A DNA stretch of 64,000 bases, from assembly GCA_965205675.1 (NCBI GenBank), contig OZ242186.1, positions 800,001-864,000 of the forward strand, read 5' to 3'. Position numbers and translations under genes: made by a program. The stretch comes from Nitrosopumilus sp. Its GTDB lineage: Archaea > Thermoproteota > Nitrososphaeria > Nitrososphaerales > Nitrosopumilaceae. The notes beneath the pieces were generated by a model. The model was not told the origin of the DNA. It did no database searches and was given only the letters and a program-made list of their open reading frames with translations. This document shows positions 20,374 to 30,999 of the stretch, in pieces; within the stretch, counting starts at the first letter, position 1; each line of letters begins with the position of its first letter.

Positions 20374-20871
20374 CTACCACAGCTTGCCTTGTCTTTGCAA
20401 TTCTGTTTTTGTGTTATCTGAAATTGTATTTAGAGTACTTGAATCATAATTGGCCCCTTCAAAGCTTGTATCTTCTAATATGGCCCCTTCAAAGTTTGTA
20501 TTTCTGATATTTGCTCTACTAATATTTGCCTGACTCAAATCCACACTTCGTAAATCTGTATAAAACAAATCTGCCCCTCGTAAATCTGCCCCTCGTAAAT
20601 CTGCCCCATACAACTCAGCATCCCATAGCTTTGCATTTGATAAATTTGTATTTTGCATTTCTGCCCCTCGCATTTTAACGTAAAATAATATGGCTCCGCT
20701 CATGTCTGCCTCATTAAGATTTGTGCAACTCATATTTGCATGATGAATATCTCTATTTTTCAAATTCACTCCCTGCATGTTTGAATCTGATAAATCCCGC
20801 CCAATCAATTCCTCATACTCAAAATTGATTTTTGAAAGATTTCTTTTTCTAAACACGTCTGATTGATTCAT
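20374..20871 (-). CDS. Pentapeptide repeat protein
   Basis: A(D/N)Lxx repeats, e.g. ADLRGADLRGADL. Confidence 0.9.
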   Translation of the reverse strand: MNQSDVFRKRNLSKINFEYEELIGRDLSDSNMQGVNLKNRDIHHANMSCTNLNEADMSGAILFYVKMRGAEMQNTNLSNAKLWDAELYGADLRGADLRGADLFYTDLRSVDLSQANISRANIRNTNFEGAILEDTSFEGANYDSSTLNTISDNTKTELQRQGKLW

Positions 20872-20929
20872 TTTACATTACTCTACGATCTACTACATTT
20901 GAATTTAATTTTTAATTTTGTACTGGTAC

Positions 20930-21115
20930 TTATTTGTTGTATAGTTCTAATTCTTGTAAAATTTTACCCATGGTGTGTTTCCATCGCCTCATTTCCTCGA
21001 TATCGTGAGGTCTGCTCTCATCTAATTCTTTTTTTCTTTTGATTAATTCCTGATATCTATCTTTATTTTTTTTATTCTGCACGCGTGATTTATGTCCATT
21101 CTGAATAAATTTCAA
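20930..21115 (-). CDS. Small hypothetical protein
   Basis: Charged helical 61-aa ORF; start uncertain. Confidence 0.55.
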   Translation of the reverse strand: MKFIQNGHKSRVQNKKNKDRYQELIKRKKELDESRPHDIEEMRRWKHTMGKILQELELYNK

Positions 21116-21222
21116 TAGCAGCTATCGTATTTGGCTTGAAAATCCCCTCTAACTGATGCCCTAGGGCAAATTGTACCTTTTTTGAGAATCGTATATTTAT
21201 GCCTGTTTTAACATTTCTAAAC

Positions 21223-23091
21223 ATGCGTATATTGCAACTGCATTGTGATCACATTGAATATACTCCTATAAAAAAAGAAATAAAATCTGCTGAAGATATT
21301 GAAAATCCCCAAACCCAAAGATTAGAAGAACTTGTAGTGGCATTTGTTGCAATTGAAGACGATGATGACTCGTCAGTGGCACAAAATGCAATATCTCAAA
21401 TAAAAACATCCATGGAAAAAATCAAATGCAAAAAATTATTGTTATATCCTTATGCTCATCTTAGCTCAAATCTTGCAAAACCTTCTACAGCTATGATATT
21501 GCTAAAAGAAATGGAAGATGGTGCATCTGAACTTAAAGTATCTCATTCACCATTTGGTTGGACTAAATCATATAAAATTCAAGTCAAGGGACATCCTCTC
21601 GCAGAAAGTTCTAAAGTTGTTACAAAGGATTCTGCAAGTACAAAACCTGATGAAGAAATTACCTCTGATGCTCTAAAAGACGAATCTAAAATTCGTTCAT
21701 TTTGGAAGATACTTTCCCCGGATGGAACAATGACTGCCATTGGAGATTTTGATTTCTCAAAACACAAAAAACTAGAAATTTTAGCAAAATATGAATCTGC
21801 CAAAAGTCGTAAAGTAGACCAGCCTCCTCCTCATGTCGCATTGATGAGAAAAATGGGCATCTCTGACTATGAACCTGCATCAGATTCTGGAAATATACGA
21901 TTTTATCCTAATGGACGCTTGATCAAATCCTTGATTGAGCAATATGTTACTAATCGAGTTAAAAAATATGGCGGATATGAAGTTGAAACTCCAATCATGT
22001 ATGATTCTGAACACCCTAGTATGGTTAGTTACTTTAATCGATTCCCTGCAAGACAATACAATATTGACTCTGAAGGCAAAAAGCTCTTTTTGAGATTTGC
22101 TGCATGCTTTGGCCAATTCCTTATGGCCAACCAATATCAGCTATCCTACAAGAATCTGCCCTACAAACTCTACGAGTTAACTCGCTATAGCTTTAGACGT
22201 GAACAATCTGGAGAACTAGTTGGTTTAAGAAGATTAAGAGCATTTACCATGCCTGACTGTCATGCCTTTTGTAAAGACATGCCTCAAGCAGTTGATGAGC
22301 TCAAGACTCGATTTGATCTCTCCCAAAGTGTTCTCAGAGAATTGGGAATCAATGAGACCGATTATGATATGGCAATTAGATTTACTGAGGATTTTTACAA
22401 TGAGAATAAATCATCCATTGAGGAATTAGTCAAAAAGCATGCTAGGCCTGTATTAGTTGAAATGTGGAAAGAGAAATTTTTCTATTTTGTCCTAAAATGG
22501 GAATTTAATTTTGTTGATGCGCTTGGAAAAGCTTCTGCTTTGTCAACTGATCAAATTGATGTAGAAAATGGAAATAGATATGGAATTGATTTTGTTGATG
22601 AAAACAACACAAAACAAAATCCGATAATTTTACATAATTCCCCCAGTGGTGCCATTGAAAGAATCATCTATGCTTTATTGGAAAAAGCAGCTAAAGATTC
22701 CTATGAGGGACGAAAACCCCAATTTCCTCTTTGGTTGTCTCCAACTCAGGTAAGAATTATTCCCCTAACTGAAGAATTTAACAAATTTACAGAAACTCTG
22801 ACTGATAAAATTTCAGCAAGGGATATTCGTGTTGATATTGATGATAGAAATGAAAGTGTTCGAAAAAGAATTCGTGAAGCTGAAAAAGAATGGATTCGAT
22901 ATATCCTAGTTATTGGTGAAAAAGAGGCAAACTCACAAAATCTTAGCGTTCGTGACCGACAGACAGGAAATGTGCGAGAATTATCTTTTGATGCTTTTAT
23001 TGCTGAAATCAGCAAGCAAACTAAAGGAAAACCTATCTCTGGTTTGAATTTACCAAAATATCTTTCAAAGAGACCAAACTTGATGGTGTGA
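21223..23091 (+). CDS. thrS: Threonine--tRNA ligase, archaeal type
   Basis: MRILQLH, YPYAHLS editing domain, LRFAACFG, FRREQSGE, GAIER. Confidence 0.97.
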   Translation: MRILQLHCDHIEYTPIKKEIKSAEDIENPQTQRLEELVVAFVAIEDDDDSSVAQNAISQIKTSMEKIKCKKLLLYPYAHLSSNLAKPSTAMILLKEMEDGASELKVSHSPFGWTKSYKIQVKGHPLAESSKVVTKDSASTKPDEEITSDALKDESKIRSFWKILSPDGTMTAIGDFDFSKHKKLEILAKYESAKSRKVDQPPPHVALMRKMGISDYEPASDSGNIRFYPNGRLIKSLIEQYVTNRVKKYGGYEVETPIMYDSEHPSMVSYFNRFPARQYNIDSEGKKLFLRFAACFGQFLMANQYQLSYKNLPYKLYELTRYSFRREQSGELVGLRRLRAFTMPDCHAFCKDMPQAVDELKTRFDLSQSVLRELGINETDYDMAIRFTEDFYNENKSSIEELVKKHARPVLVEMWKEKFFYFVLKWEFNFVDALGKASALSTDQIDVENGNRYGIDFVDENNTKQNPIILHNSPSGAIERIIYALLEKAAKDSYEGRKPQFPLWLSPTQVRIIPLTEEFNKFTETLTDKISARDIRVDIDDRNESVRKRIREAEKEWIRYILVIGEKEANSQNLSVRDRQTGNVRELSFDAFIAEISKQTKGKPISGLNLPKYLSKRPNLMV

Positions 23092-23094
23092 GAA

Positions 23095-23970
23095 ATGAGT
23101 TTCCTTGATTTATACATGAATAACAATCCTTTGATCACTGCCTCTGATGATGATTCAGAGCCTGTTGCAACCATATTTGGAGTTCCTTTTGATGCTACCC
23201 ATTCTTACAAGCCTGGTTGTAGATTCGGACCTGATGCTATTCGTGATTCTTTTAACAATATTGAGATTTTTCATCCTGAACTTGGCATTGATTTAGAAAC
23301 TGTCAACATTGAAGATCTGGGCAATACCCGTCACACTGTAGTTGCATCTGAGATGATTGATATGGTAAAAAAAATTATAACCGAACTCATTTCAAAACAA
23401 AGACAATTGTTCATTTTGGGTGGGGAACATTCTATCACATATGGTACGTATACTAGTTTTCCAAAAGAAACTGGATATGTTGTTTTTGATGCCCATTATG
23501 ATTTACGTGATGAATTTGCCGACATAAAGTTTAGTCATGCATCTTACTTGAGACGAATTGTTGAGGAAAGAGGTGCTGAAAATATCTTACATGTTGGGGC
23601 AAGAGCCTTTGTTAAAGAAGAGCTAGAGTTTCTTACAGAAAATAAAATTAAAACAATTACTGATAAACAAATTCGTGATGGTGAGGGGCATGGTCTTCTC
23701 AAAGATCATGTGTCTACTTTTGATACTGTTTATTCTAGTTTTGATCTTGATGTTTTAGATCCTGCTTTTGCCCCCGGTGTTGGCAATCCAGAAGCTGTGG
23801 GAATAACTTCTAGAGAGTTATTTGATATGATTAACACTTTTCAAGAAACCAAAATCACTGGAGTTGACATTGTGGAGCTGAATCCTTATCATGATAATGG
23901 TTCTACAGCCTCGTTGGCTGCAAAAATAATTTCTACTTTAATTGCAATGAATTTATCTAAAAATAACTAA
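23095..23970 (+). CDS. speB: Agmatinase
   Basis: GGEHS, DAHYD, DLDVLDPAFAPG, DIVELNP. Confidence 0.93.
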   Translation: MSFLDLYMNNNPLITASDDDSEPVATIFGVPFDATHSYKPGCRFGPDAIRDSFNNIEIFHPELGIDLETVNIEDLGNTRHTVVASEMIDMVKKIITELISKQRQLFILGGEHSITYGTYTSFPKETGYVVFDAHYDLRDEFADIKFSHASYLRRIVEERGAENILHVGARAFVKEELEFLTENKIKTITDKQIRDGEGHGLLKDHVSTFDTVYSSFDLDVLDPAFAPGVGNPEAVGITSRELFDMINTFQETKITGVDIVELNPYHDNGSTASLAAKIISTLIAMNLSKNN

Positions 23971-23974
23971 TATC

Positions 23975-25380
23975 GTAACTGTCTAGAGTTTTGAAGTACT
24001 TTCTTTAATATTTTTTATCTATATCTTTTCTGATCAGTGACAAATTACAATATACAATTGTCAGTATATGATGAGCTGGAATATTATCGTAACAGATGTC
24101 ACTCGCTGGAGCAAGAAAACCGTCAGTTACACAGAGAAATTGCAGAACTAAAACAAACAGTGTCTACACTTGTTGCAAGAAATATCAAAGCAAAACCAAA
24201 CAAGACTGAAACTGCAAAAAAGAAGAAAACATCAAGACATCCTAGAAAAAGCAGAAGCAGACGGGCACACATTGATGATGCCATTACAGTTGACCAAAAA
24301 GAGTGCAACACATGTGGCAAATCACTCTCAGAACCAACTGATTCATACACCAGAATAGTAGAAGACATCATTCCTGCAAAAGCAGTTGTGACAAAATATA
24401 CGATAGTTAGACGATACTGCACAAACTGCAAAAAACAAATCTCGGGTAACATTCACACTGTACTGTCAAATGAAAGGTTTGGAATTAGGCTCATGGTGCT
24501 AATCACATCACTAAAAACTATCGGATTATCGTATGGTAAAATATCTCATCTTTTGCAGATGCTCTTCTCACTGCACATTACAGAATCTGCAATTAATCAT
24601 GCAGTATCAATAGTATCAAAAGCATTTGGGAGCAGATATGATACAATGATTGTGGAGTTAAAAGAAGATCTAAACATACATGGTGATGAGACAAGTTGGA
24701 GGGTAGATGGCCAGAACCACTGGTTGTGGGCATTTGTGAGTAAATGGACTGTAATTTACGAGATTGACAAATCACGTTCAATGGATGTTCCCAAGAGAAT
24801 TCTCAAGGGATATGATGGCAACATTACAAGTGATTCGTACCCTGCATGGAACCATGTTGGAACAACTCACCAGAAATGTCACATCCATTATCTCAGAGAG
24901 GTTAATGATACCATTAATCACAAGAATCCCGGACCAGAATTTGCACCATTTGCCAAGAATCTCAAGAAAATAATTTATGACTCTCATGGTGTGGCAAAAA
25001 TAAAATCAGAATCAGAAAGAATCCATGCAAAAAAGAATCTTGAAAGGAGAGTTAATCACATCATATCAAAAAAATACACAGAGAAAAACTGTATCAGGTT
25101 TGTAAAAAGATTGAAACGTGAGAGAAAAATGCTTTTTACATTCCTAATTACTGGAACTGATTCACACAATAACACAGCAGAGAGGGCAATCAGACCAAAT
25201 GTGATAATTCGTAAAATTACAAACGGTCATAGAACCATTCATGGTGCTGATTCTCATAAGATACTGATGAGTATAAAGGAGACATGCAGATTACGAGGAT
25301 TAAACTTTCATGATTATTCTTTAGAATATCTTGGAGATTTTACTTCAAAACAAGAGTTTGTTGTGATTCTAGACAGTTAC
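23975..25380 (+). mobile_element. IS66 copy 2, right TIR interrupted by a 16-bp insert
   Basis: Same TIR; 8-bp TSD CTAATATC (23967-74, 25381-88). Confidence 0.95.
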
Positions 25381-25575
25381 CTAATATCTTCAAAATATTT
25401 TATTTCCGTATCTGTTAATCTGTTAATCTGTTCTGGCATAGTTTTCATACTTGTACTAGTGATGCTATCTGATTCTAAGGATTTTGCTTGGATTCTGGGA
25501 TCTTTGGGTTATTTTACCTTGATTTTATTCCTATTCACTTTATTAGATAGTATTTTGGGGGGTATCTCATGTTAA
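24037..25575 (+). CDS. IS66 transposase, C-terminally extended by loss of the normal stop
   Basis: Near-identical to copy 3 up to ..GDFTSK, then reads through the TIR into flanking DNA. Confidence 0.88.
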   Translation: MTNYNIQLSVYDELEYYRNRCHSLEQENRQLHREIAELKQTVSTLVARNIKAKPNKTETAKKKKTSRHPRKSRSRRAHIDDAITVDQKECNTCGKSLSEPTDSYTRIVEDIIPAKAVVTKYTIVRRYCTNCKKQISGNIHTVLSNERFGIRLMVLITSLKTIGLSYGKISHLLQMLFSLHITESAINHAVSIVSKAFGSRYDTMIVELKEDLNIHGDETSWRVDGQNHWLWAFVSKWTVIYEIDKSRSMDVPKRILKGYDGNITSDSYPAWNHVGTTHQKCHIHYLREVNDTINHKNPGPEFAPFAKNLKKIIYDSHGVAKIKSESERIHAKKNLERRVNHIISKKYTEKNCIRFVKRLKRERKMLFTFLITGTDSHNNTAERAIRPNVIIRKITNGHRTIHGADSHKILMSIKETCRLRGLNFHDYSLEYLGDFTSKQEFVVILDSYLISSKYFISVSVNLLICSGIVFILVLVMLSDSKDFAWILGSLGYFTLILFLFTLLDSILGGISC

Positions 25576-26141
25576 ACAAACTACGAGATACTCTAAAACC
25601 GACTTTGGAGAAAGTTGGTAAAGGATTTGCATCCACAGGACTGTCTGCAAATTTCTGGACTTTTGTTGGATTGGGATTTGCACTATCCTCTGCTGTAGTT
25701 TATGGAATGGGAGTTGAATTTGGGTTAATCCTTGGTGGCATCTTATTACTTGTTTCAGGATTCTTTGACATGGTTGATGGCCAGGTTGCAAGAGTTACTG
25801 GAAAGACTTCCAAAAAAGGCGAATATCTTGATTCAATGTTTGATAAAATTGCAGAAGTTGCAATATTTTTAGGAATCCTTGTTGGGGGGTATGCTGAATC
25901 ATATATTGTATTACTTGCAATTACACTGTCTTTGTTGGTAAGTTATGCTAGATCAAAATCTGATATTATTAACATAAAACTTCAAGGAATTGGAATTGGT
26001 GAACGAGCTGAAAGACTTTTGGTCATTGCAATTATTGGAATTGTTGGTTTTATGGATTATGCTGTTATTATTGTAGTAATTATTGCTAGTATTACTCTTA
26101 TACAAAGAATGATTTACACTGTAAAAAACATTAAAGAATAG
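25569..26141 (+). CDS. CDP-alcohol phosphatidyltransferase (archaetidylinositol phosphate synthase-like)
   Basis: D..DG.VAR...S..G..LD...D motif, SYAR, ERAERL. Confidence 0.92.
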   Translation: MLNKLRDTLKPTLEKVGKGFASTGLSANFWTFVGLGFALSSAVVYGMGVEFGLILGGILLLVSGFFDMVDGQVARVTGKTSKKGEYLDSMFDKIAEVAIFLGILVGGYAESYIVLLAITLSLLVSYARSKSDIINIKLQGIGIGERAERLLVIAIIGIVGFMDYAVIIVVIIASITLIQRMIYTVKNIKE

Positions 26142-26143
26142 TA

Positions 26144-26431
26144 TTAACGAAGTTTTCCGCGTTTTCTTCTATTGTCAGCGGATCTGATTTTTAGAATCTT
26201 GAAATGTATTGCACATGAAATACAGTAATGTTTCAAAACTGTTGGTGATGCAATATATGCTCCTTGTGCACGTAGTTCTTTTGCTAATGTGTGTTCTACC
26301 AGATTTAATCTGGATGTGACCTTTTTTGCCTTGTCTTTTGGCACTGTTTGTCCACAGTTTGTACATTGTACAACTCCTGAGGATCCTTTTCCTCCCTTAG
26401 TACGACCTCTACTTGCACGTTTAAGTGGCAT
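26144..26431 (-). CDS. rps26e: 30S ribosomal protein S26e
   Basis: MPLKR, CTNCG..VPKDKA, YCISCAIH. Confidence 0.96.
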   Translation of the reverse strand: MPLKRASRGRTKGGKGSSGVVQCTNCGQTVPKDKAKKVTSRLNLVEHTLAKELRAQGAYIASPTVLKHYCISCAIHFKILKIRSADNRRKRGKLR

Positions 26432-26694
26432 GAACATGAGCACATTTGCTTACTTATATTCTTGTAGAATTTTCATAAAATTTTATTATTTTGTGCCTAA
26501 ATCGTCGATAAAAAACATGCATGTTTTAATCTTAGATCGACGAAATACAATTGATACATCATGCGTGGTCTCTGTCATACTTGCTTTCGTTCTGGAGTTA
26601 AAGTGGTTGTAATACATGGGGATATCATTTGTCAGGACTGCATAAACCAAGAAAATGCAAAAAACTAAATCATGACTGGGCAAACCCAAATAAA

Positions 26695-27564
26695 ATGAAG
26701 TTATCTATTTTCTCTCACTGTGCAATTGATACCATAACTGTTGGTGGAAATAATTATGAACAAATTGGAGGATCTGCGTGTTATTCTAGTATTACTGCCA
26801 AACAATTCAAATTTGATGTAGATGTGTTTACAAAGTTTGGTCCTGATTTTCCAAAACAATATCTCAATGAGCATAAAATCAACCTTGTAAATCCTGAATC
26901 ACAAAAAAATACCACAAAATTTGATATTTCTATTAATGGTTCAGACCGGACTCTGAAACTTAAAAATGAGTGTGAAGAAATTGACTATTCTCAAAGTAAT
27001 GCTGATGGTCATATTGTTAGTCCAATTTATCATGAAATATCTGATAATACTTTTAAAAAAATCAAAAATGACTCAAATTTTCTTTTTGTTGATCCTCAGG
27101 GATTCTTGAGACAAAAGGATTCTCAAAATAATATTTTTTTAAAAAATGCTGAAATTGATCTGTCAAATGTCAATGCAATCAAAGTGAATCCTGAAGAATC
27201 TAGAAAAATAGTTGATGGCACTTTTGATGAAATGATGCTTGCGTTGCAGAAGAAAGGTATCAAATATGTGCTGTTGACTGATAAAACCAATGTCTCTTTA
27301 CTAGTTAAAGATAAAATTTATTCCATAGTTTTACCGAATCAACAAATTTATGATACCACTGGCATTGGCGATATTTTTTGCTCTACATTTACTTGTACTA
27401 TGCTCAAAGAAAAAGATTTTTTGTGGGCACTTTGTTTTGCAGGAGGTGCTGCCCAAGCTGCACTAGAATCCAGAAATGTGGGACTGCAAAAAATCCCTAA
27501 AAAAGGAACAATTCAAACAAATGCCTCTTATTTTTACAATTTGGTAAAATTCAGAGATTTGTGA
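26695..27564 (+). CDS. PfkB/ribokinase-family carbohydrate kinase
   Basis: GG..Y N-terminal motif, DPQG.LR, DTTGIGDIF. Confidence 0.85.
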   Translation: MKLSIFSHCAIDTITVGGNNYEQIGGSACYSSITAKQFKFDVDVFTKFGPDFPKQYLNEHKINLVNPESQKNTTKFDISINGSDRTLKLKNECEEIDYSQSNADGHIVSPIYHEISDNTFKKIKNDSNFLFVDPQGFLRQKDSQNNIFLKNAEIDLSNVNAIKVNPEESRKIVDGTFDEMMLALQKKGIKYVLLTDKTNVSLLVKDKIYSIVLPNQQIYDTTGIGDIFCSTFTCTMLKEKDFLWALCFAGGAAQAALESRNVGLQKIPKKGTIQTNASYFYNLVKFRDL

Positions 27565-27967
27565 TGCATTATTTTCTGTGTGCCAAATTGCCTGATTCTT
27601 TTAGGCCTATGGAGATTTGCCCAATATTTTTTTAGATTCTGATTTAACAAAGAGTTTTACAAGTATTGCAATCCTCCAACAAACTCCTATTTGTTTATGT
27701 TCAGAATTTATTATCAGTTGAAAATCTGTCTAGTTCTGATCACTAAAATTTTTGGATATATTTAGCAGAAATCTCTTGATTTTTCCTAAAAGTCGGCAAA
27801 AAATCATAATTCTTGGCAGTATGTGCATTCTGTACGAATTGATACCTTGCCAACCGCACCTCTCTTTTTATCAACTTTGCCAAAATCCACACTAATTTCT
27901 GTTGCACTGGGTTATTTTTGATTCTTTGTTAGAATATATGTCGAATTTACAGAGTAAAAAGTAAATT

Positions 27968-29278
27968 ATGATAGAAACTGAATTAGGTACTTTACGTCGA
28001 TCTCATTATTCTAATGAAATCAACTCTTCTATGGATGGGAAAACAGTCACTGTAATGGGTTGGGTCTTGACAATTAGAGGTCATGGAAATATCAGTTTTG
28101 GAACAATTAGAGACAAAAATGGTGATCTCTCAATTATTGCAAAAAAAAATGATTGTTCTGATGAAATCCGTGAGAAAATATCTTCACTTAAAGCACATTC
28201 TTCTATTGCAGTTACTGGCACTGTAAAATCTTCTGAAAAAGCACCTAGTGGATTTGAAATAATACCTCAAGAATTAAGAGTATTCTCAGAGGTTGAGAAA
28301 ATCCCGCCCTTTGAGCCTACTGTTAAAACTGTAAAAAATATTGATACCCGACTTGAGGTAAGACCTATTGATTTAAGACGTAATGTCTTACAACATATCT
28401 TCAAAACTCGAAGTTTAGTTTTAAAATCTATTAGAGACTATTTTGGAAATCAGGATTTTGTTGAAATCAACACTCCTAAAATGATTGCAACAGCTACAGA
28501 AGGTGGCGCAGCATTATTTCCAATATTTTACTATAACAAAGAAGCATTCTTAGCTCAGAGTCCGCAATTGTACAAGGAACAACTCACAATGAGTTTTGAA
28601 AAAATATTTGAGATTGCACCTATTTTTAGAGCAGAATCATCTAGAACAAATAGACATTTAGCTGAGGCAGTATCTATTGATCTAGAAGAAGCATTTGTAG
28701 ATTACAATGATGTAATGAATAGAATTGAAGAAATCATCAAAATTTCAATTCAAACTGTTCATGATTATGTAAAAGAGAACCCTTCCTCAGAATTCCCTGC
28801 TTTGATCATCCCTGAACATATTCCACGATACACTTATGATGAATTAGTTGAGAAGATGCAAAAAGCTGGAGCAAACACTGAATGGGGTGATGATTTGTAT
28901 CCTTCAAATTTGAAAAAAATCGGCTTGGATGGATTTTATTTTATTATTAATTGGCCTATGGCGCCAAAACCATTCTACGTTAAAGGTAGCAAATCCAATC
29001 CAAAAATCTCCGAATCCTTTGATTTAATGTATGGTGATCTAGAATTATCTTCAGGAAGTACTAGAATTGAAAAAAGAGATGAGTTATCTCAAAGAATGAA
29101 AAATAAAGGGCTCAAAACTGATGCTTTTGAATATCACCTGAATGCTTTTGATTACGGTGTTCCGCCTCACGCTGGATGTGGAATTGGTTTAGAGCGATTA
29201 ATTATGGTTCTTACAGGTACAGAAAACATCCGTGATACGACGTTTTATCCACGAGATGTGGATAGGTTAACTCCATAG
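27968..29278 (+). CDS. aspS: Aspartate--tRNA ligase, probably non-discriminating
   Basis: LAQSPQLYK, FRAE...RH, GxGLERL; co-oriented with gatCAB. Confidence 0.96.
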   Translation: MIETELGTLRRSHYSNEINSSMDGKTVTVMGWVLTIRGHGNISFGTIRDKNGDLSIIAKKNDCSDEIREKISSLKAHSSIAVTGTVKSSEKAPSGFEIIPQELRVFSEVEKIPPFEPTVKTVKNIDTRLEVRPIDLRRNVLQHIFKTRSLVLKSIRDYFGNQDFVEINTPKMIATATEGGAALFPIFYYNKEAFLAQSPQLYKEQLTMSFEKIFEIAPIFRAESSRTNRHLAEAVSIDLEEAFVDYNDVMNRIEEIIKISIQTVHDYVKENPSSEFPALIIPEHIPRYTYDELVEKMQKAGANTEWGDDLYPSNLKKIGLDGFYFIINWPMAPKPFYVKGSKSNPKISESFDLMYGDLELSSGSTRIEKRDELSQRMKNKGLKTDAFEYHLNAFDYGVPPHAGCGIGLERLIMVLTGTENIRDTTFYPRDVDRLTP

Positions 29279-29287
29279 GTGCATTGA

Positions 29288-29557
29288 ATGGTATCTGAAG
29301 AAGAAATAGCACATGTTGCAAAATTAATGAGAATTGATGTTGATGATCATCAAGAGTATCTAGATAAAGTTCATACTATGATTAATTATTTTGATCTTTT
29401 AGATTCTGCAGGGGTCGAATCTGAAGAAATTTCAATGCCTGAAATCTCTATTTCTAATTTACGTGAAGATAAACATATTCCCTTTGATGACAAACTAATT
29501 GAGAAACTTAATCACTATAAAGGAACATACGTTCGTGCACCAAAGATGTCTTCATGA
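29288..29557 (+). CDS. gatC: Amidotransferase subunit C
   Basis: HVAKLMRI, LRED, V..PK; between aspS and gatA. Confidence 0.9.
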   Translation: MVSEEEIAHVAKLMRIDVDDHQEYLDKVHTMINYFDLLDSAGVESEEISMPEISISNLREDKHIPFDDKLIEKLNHYKGTYVRAPKMSS

Positions 29558-30999
29558 ATTTAAAAATCTCTGCCCTTGATTACATCCAAGAAGTAAAATC
29601 TGGAAATATTTCTGCTGAAGATTTTGTTGCAAGAACTATGGAACAAATTCAAAATGTTGATGACAAACTTCATGCATTTTTATCTGTAAATGATGATGCA
29701 ATCAATCAAGCTCGTAAAATTGATAAAAAAATAAAAACTGGAGATGGTGTTGGCGATTGTTTTGGCATGCCTATTTCCATTAAAGACAACATGTGCATCA
29801 AAGATTCAAAGACAACATGTGCATCAAAAATGCTTGAAAATTTTGTAGCGCCATATGATGCAACAGTAATTACAAAACTAAAACAACAAGATGCAATTTT
29901 TGTCGGTAAGGCAAACATGGATGAATTTGCAATGGGACTGACTACCGAATTTAGCGCATTTGGTCCTAGCAAAAATCCTTGGAATGTTGAATGTGTTCCG
30001 GGTGGCTCTTCTGGTGGCAGTGCAGTCTCTGTTAGTGCTTTTGAATGTGTTGCATCCCTTGGTTCTGACACTGGGGGTTCTGTAAGAAACCCTGCCAGTT
30101 TTTGTTCAACTGTAGGCTACAAACCAACATATGGTTTGATTAGTAGATATGGACTGATCTCGTATGCAAATAGCATTGAACAAATTGGCCCTCTTACTAG
30201 AACTGTAAAAGATGCTGCCTTTATGTTAAATATGATTGCAGGACTTGATTCTAATGACAACACAACTGTGGATAACCACAATGAGGATTATCTCTCAGGT
30301 ATAGATTTGGGCATAGAAGGCAAGAGAATTGGCATAATCCGGGAGATGATTGGCGATGGCATAGATTCTAAAGTTTTATCTGCAACAAAGACTGCTATTT
30401 CAAAATTAGAAGGGTTGGGGGCAATGTGCGAAGAAGTTTCCTTGGATATGGTCCGATATTCTGTTGCTGCCTACTATACAATCACTGCCACTGAAGCCGG
30501 CAGCAATCTTGCAAGATATGACAATTTGAGATATGGTTATGATTTTCCAGTTGAAGGCTATGAGTTTAATTCTTACATTGCAAAGGCTAGACGTAATTTT
30601 GGTCCAGAAGTAACAAGAAGAATGATTATTGGCGGATTTGTTCCTTCTGCAGGTCATGCAGGGAAATATTTCTTAAAGGCACTAAAAGTAAAAAGTAAAC
30701 TCACTAAAGAAATCAATGAAGCATTCACAAAATTTGATCTACTTGTAGCACCTACGGTTCCAATTTTACCTTTCAAGTTGGGTGAAAAAATTAACGATCC
30801 TATCTCTTTATTTTTAGTTGATATTAACACAGTTACTGCAAATCTTACGGGAAAACCTGCTATCTCCATTCCTTTTTCTATTTCAAATGGACTTCCTATT
30901 GGAATCCAATTAATGGCAGATTCAATGAATGACAAATTACTTTTGCAAGCAGCACATGCTTTGGAACAAACTGTTTCTTTACCGGAGATTCCATTATGA
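29554..30999 (+). CDS. gatA: Amidotransferase subunit A
   Basis: KANMDEFAMG, PGGSSGGSA, GSDTGGSVR.PA, SNLARYD. Confidence 0.97.
   Translation: MNLKISALDYIQEVKSGNISAEDFVARTMEQIQNVDDKLHAFLSVNDDAINQARKIDKKIKTGDGVGDCFGMPISIKDNMCIKDSKTTCASKMLENFVAPYDATVITKLKQQDAIFVGKANMDEFAMGLTTEFSAFGPSKNPWNVECVPGGSSGGSAVSVSAFECVASLGSDTGGSVRNPASFCSTVGYKPTYGLISRYGLISYANSIEQIGPLTRTVKDAAFMLNMIAGLDSNDNTTVDNHNEDYLSGIDLGIEGKRIGIIREMIGDGIDSKVLSATKTAISKLEGLGAMCEEVSLDMVRYSVAAYYTITATEAGSNLARYDNLRYGYDFPVEGYEFNSYIAKARRNFGPEVTRRMIIGGFVPSAGHAGKYFLKALKVKSKLTKEINEAFTKFDLLVAPTVPILPFKLGEKINDPISLFLVDINTVTANLTGKPAISIPFSISNGLPIGIQLMADSMNDKLLLQAAHALEQTVSLPEIPL

Noticed and set aside
20566-20608. 15-bp tandem DNA repeat AAATCTGCCCCTCGT
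   Set aside because: Explained by GADLR pentapeptide coding
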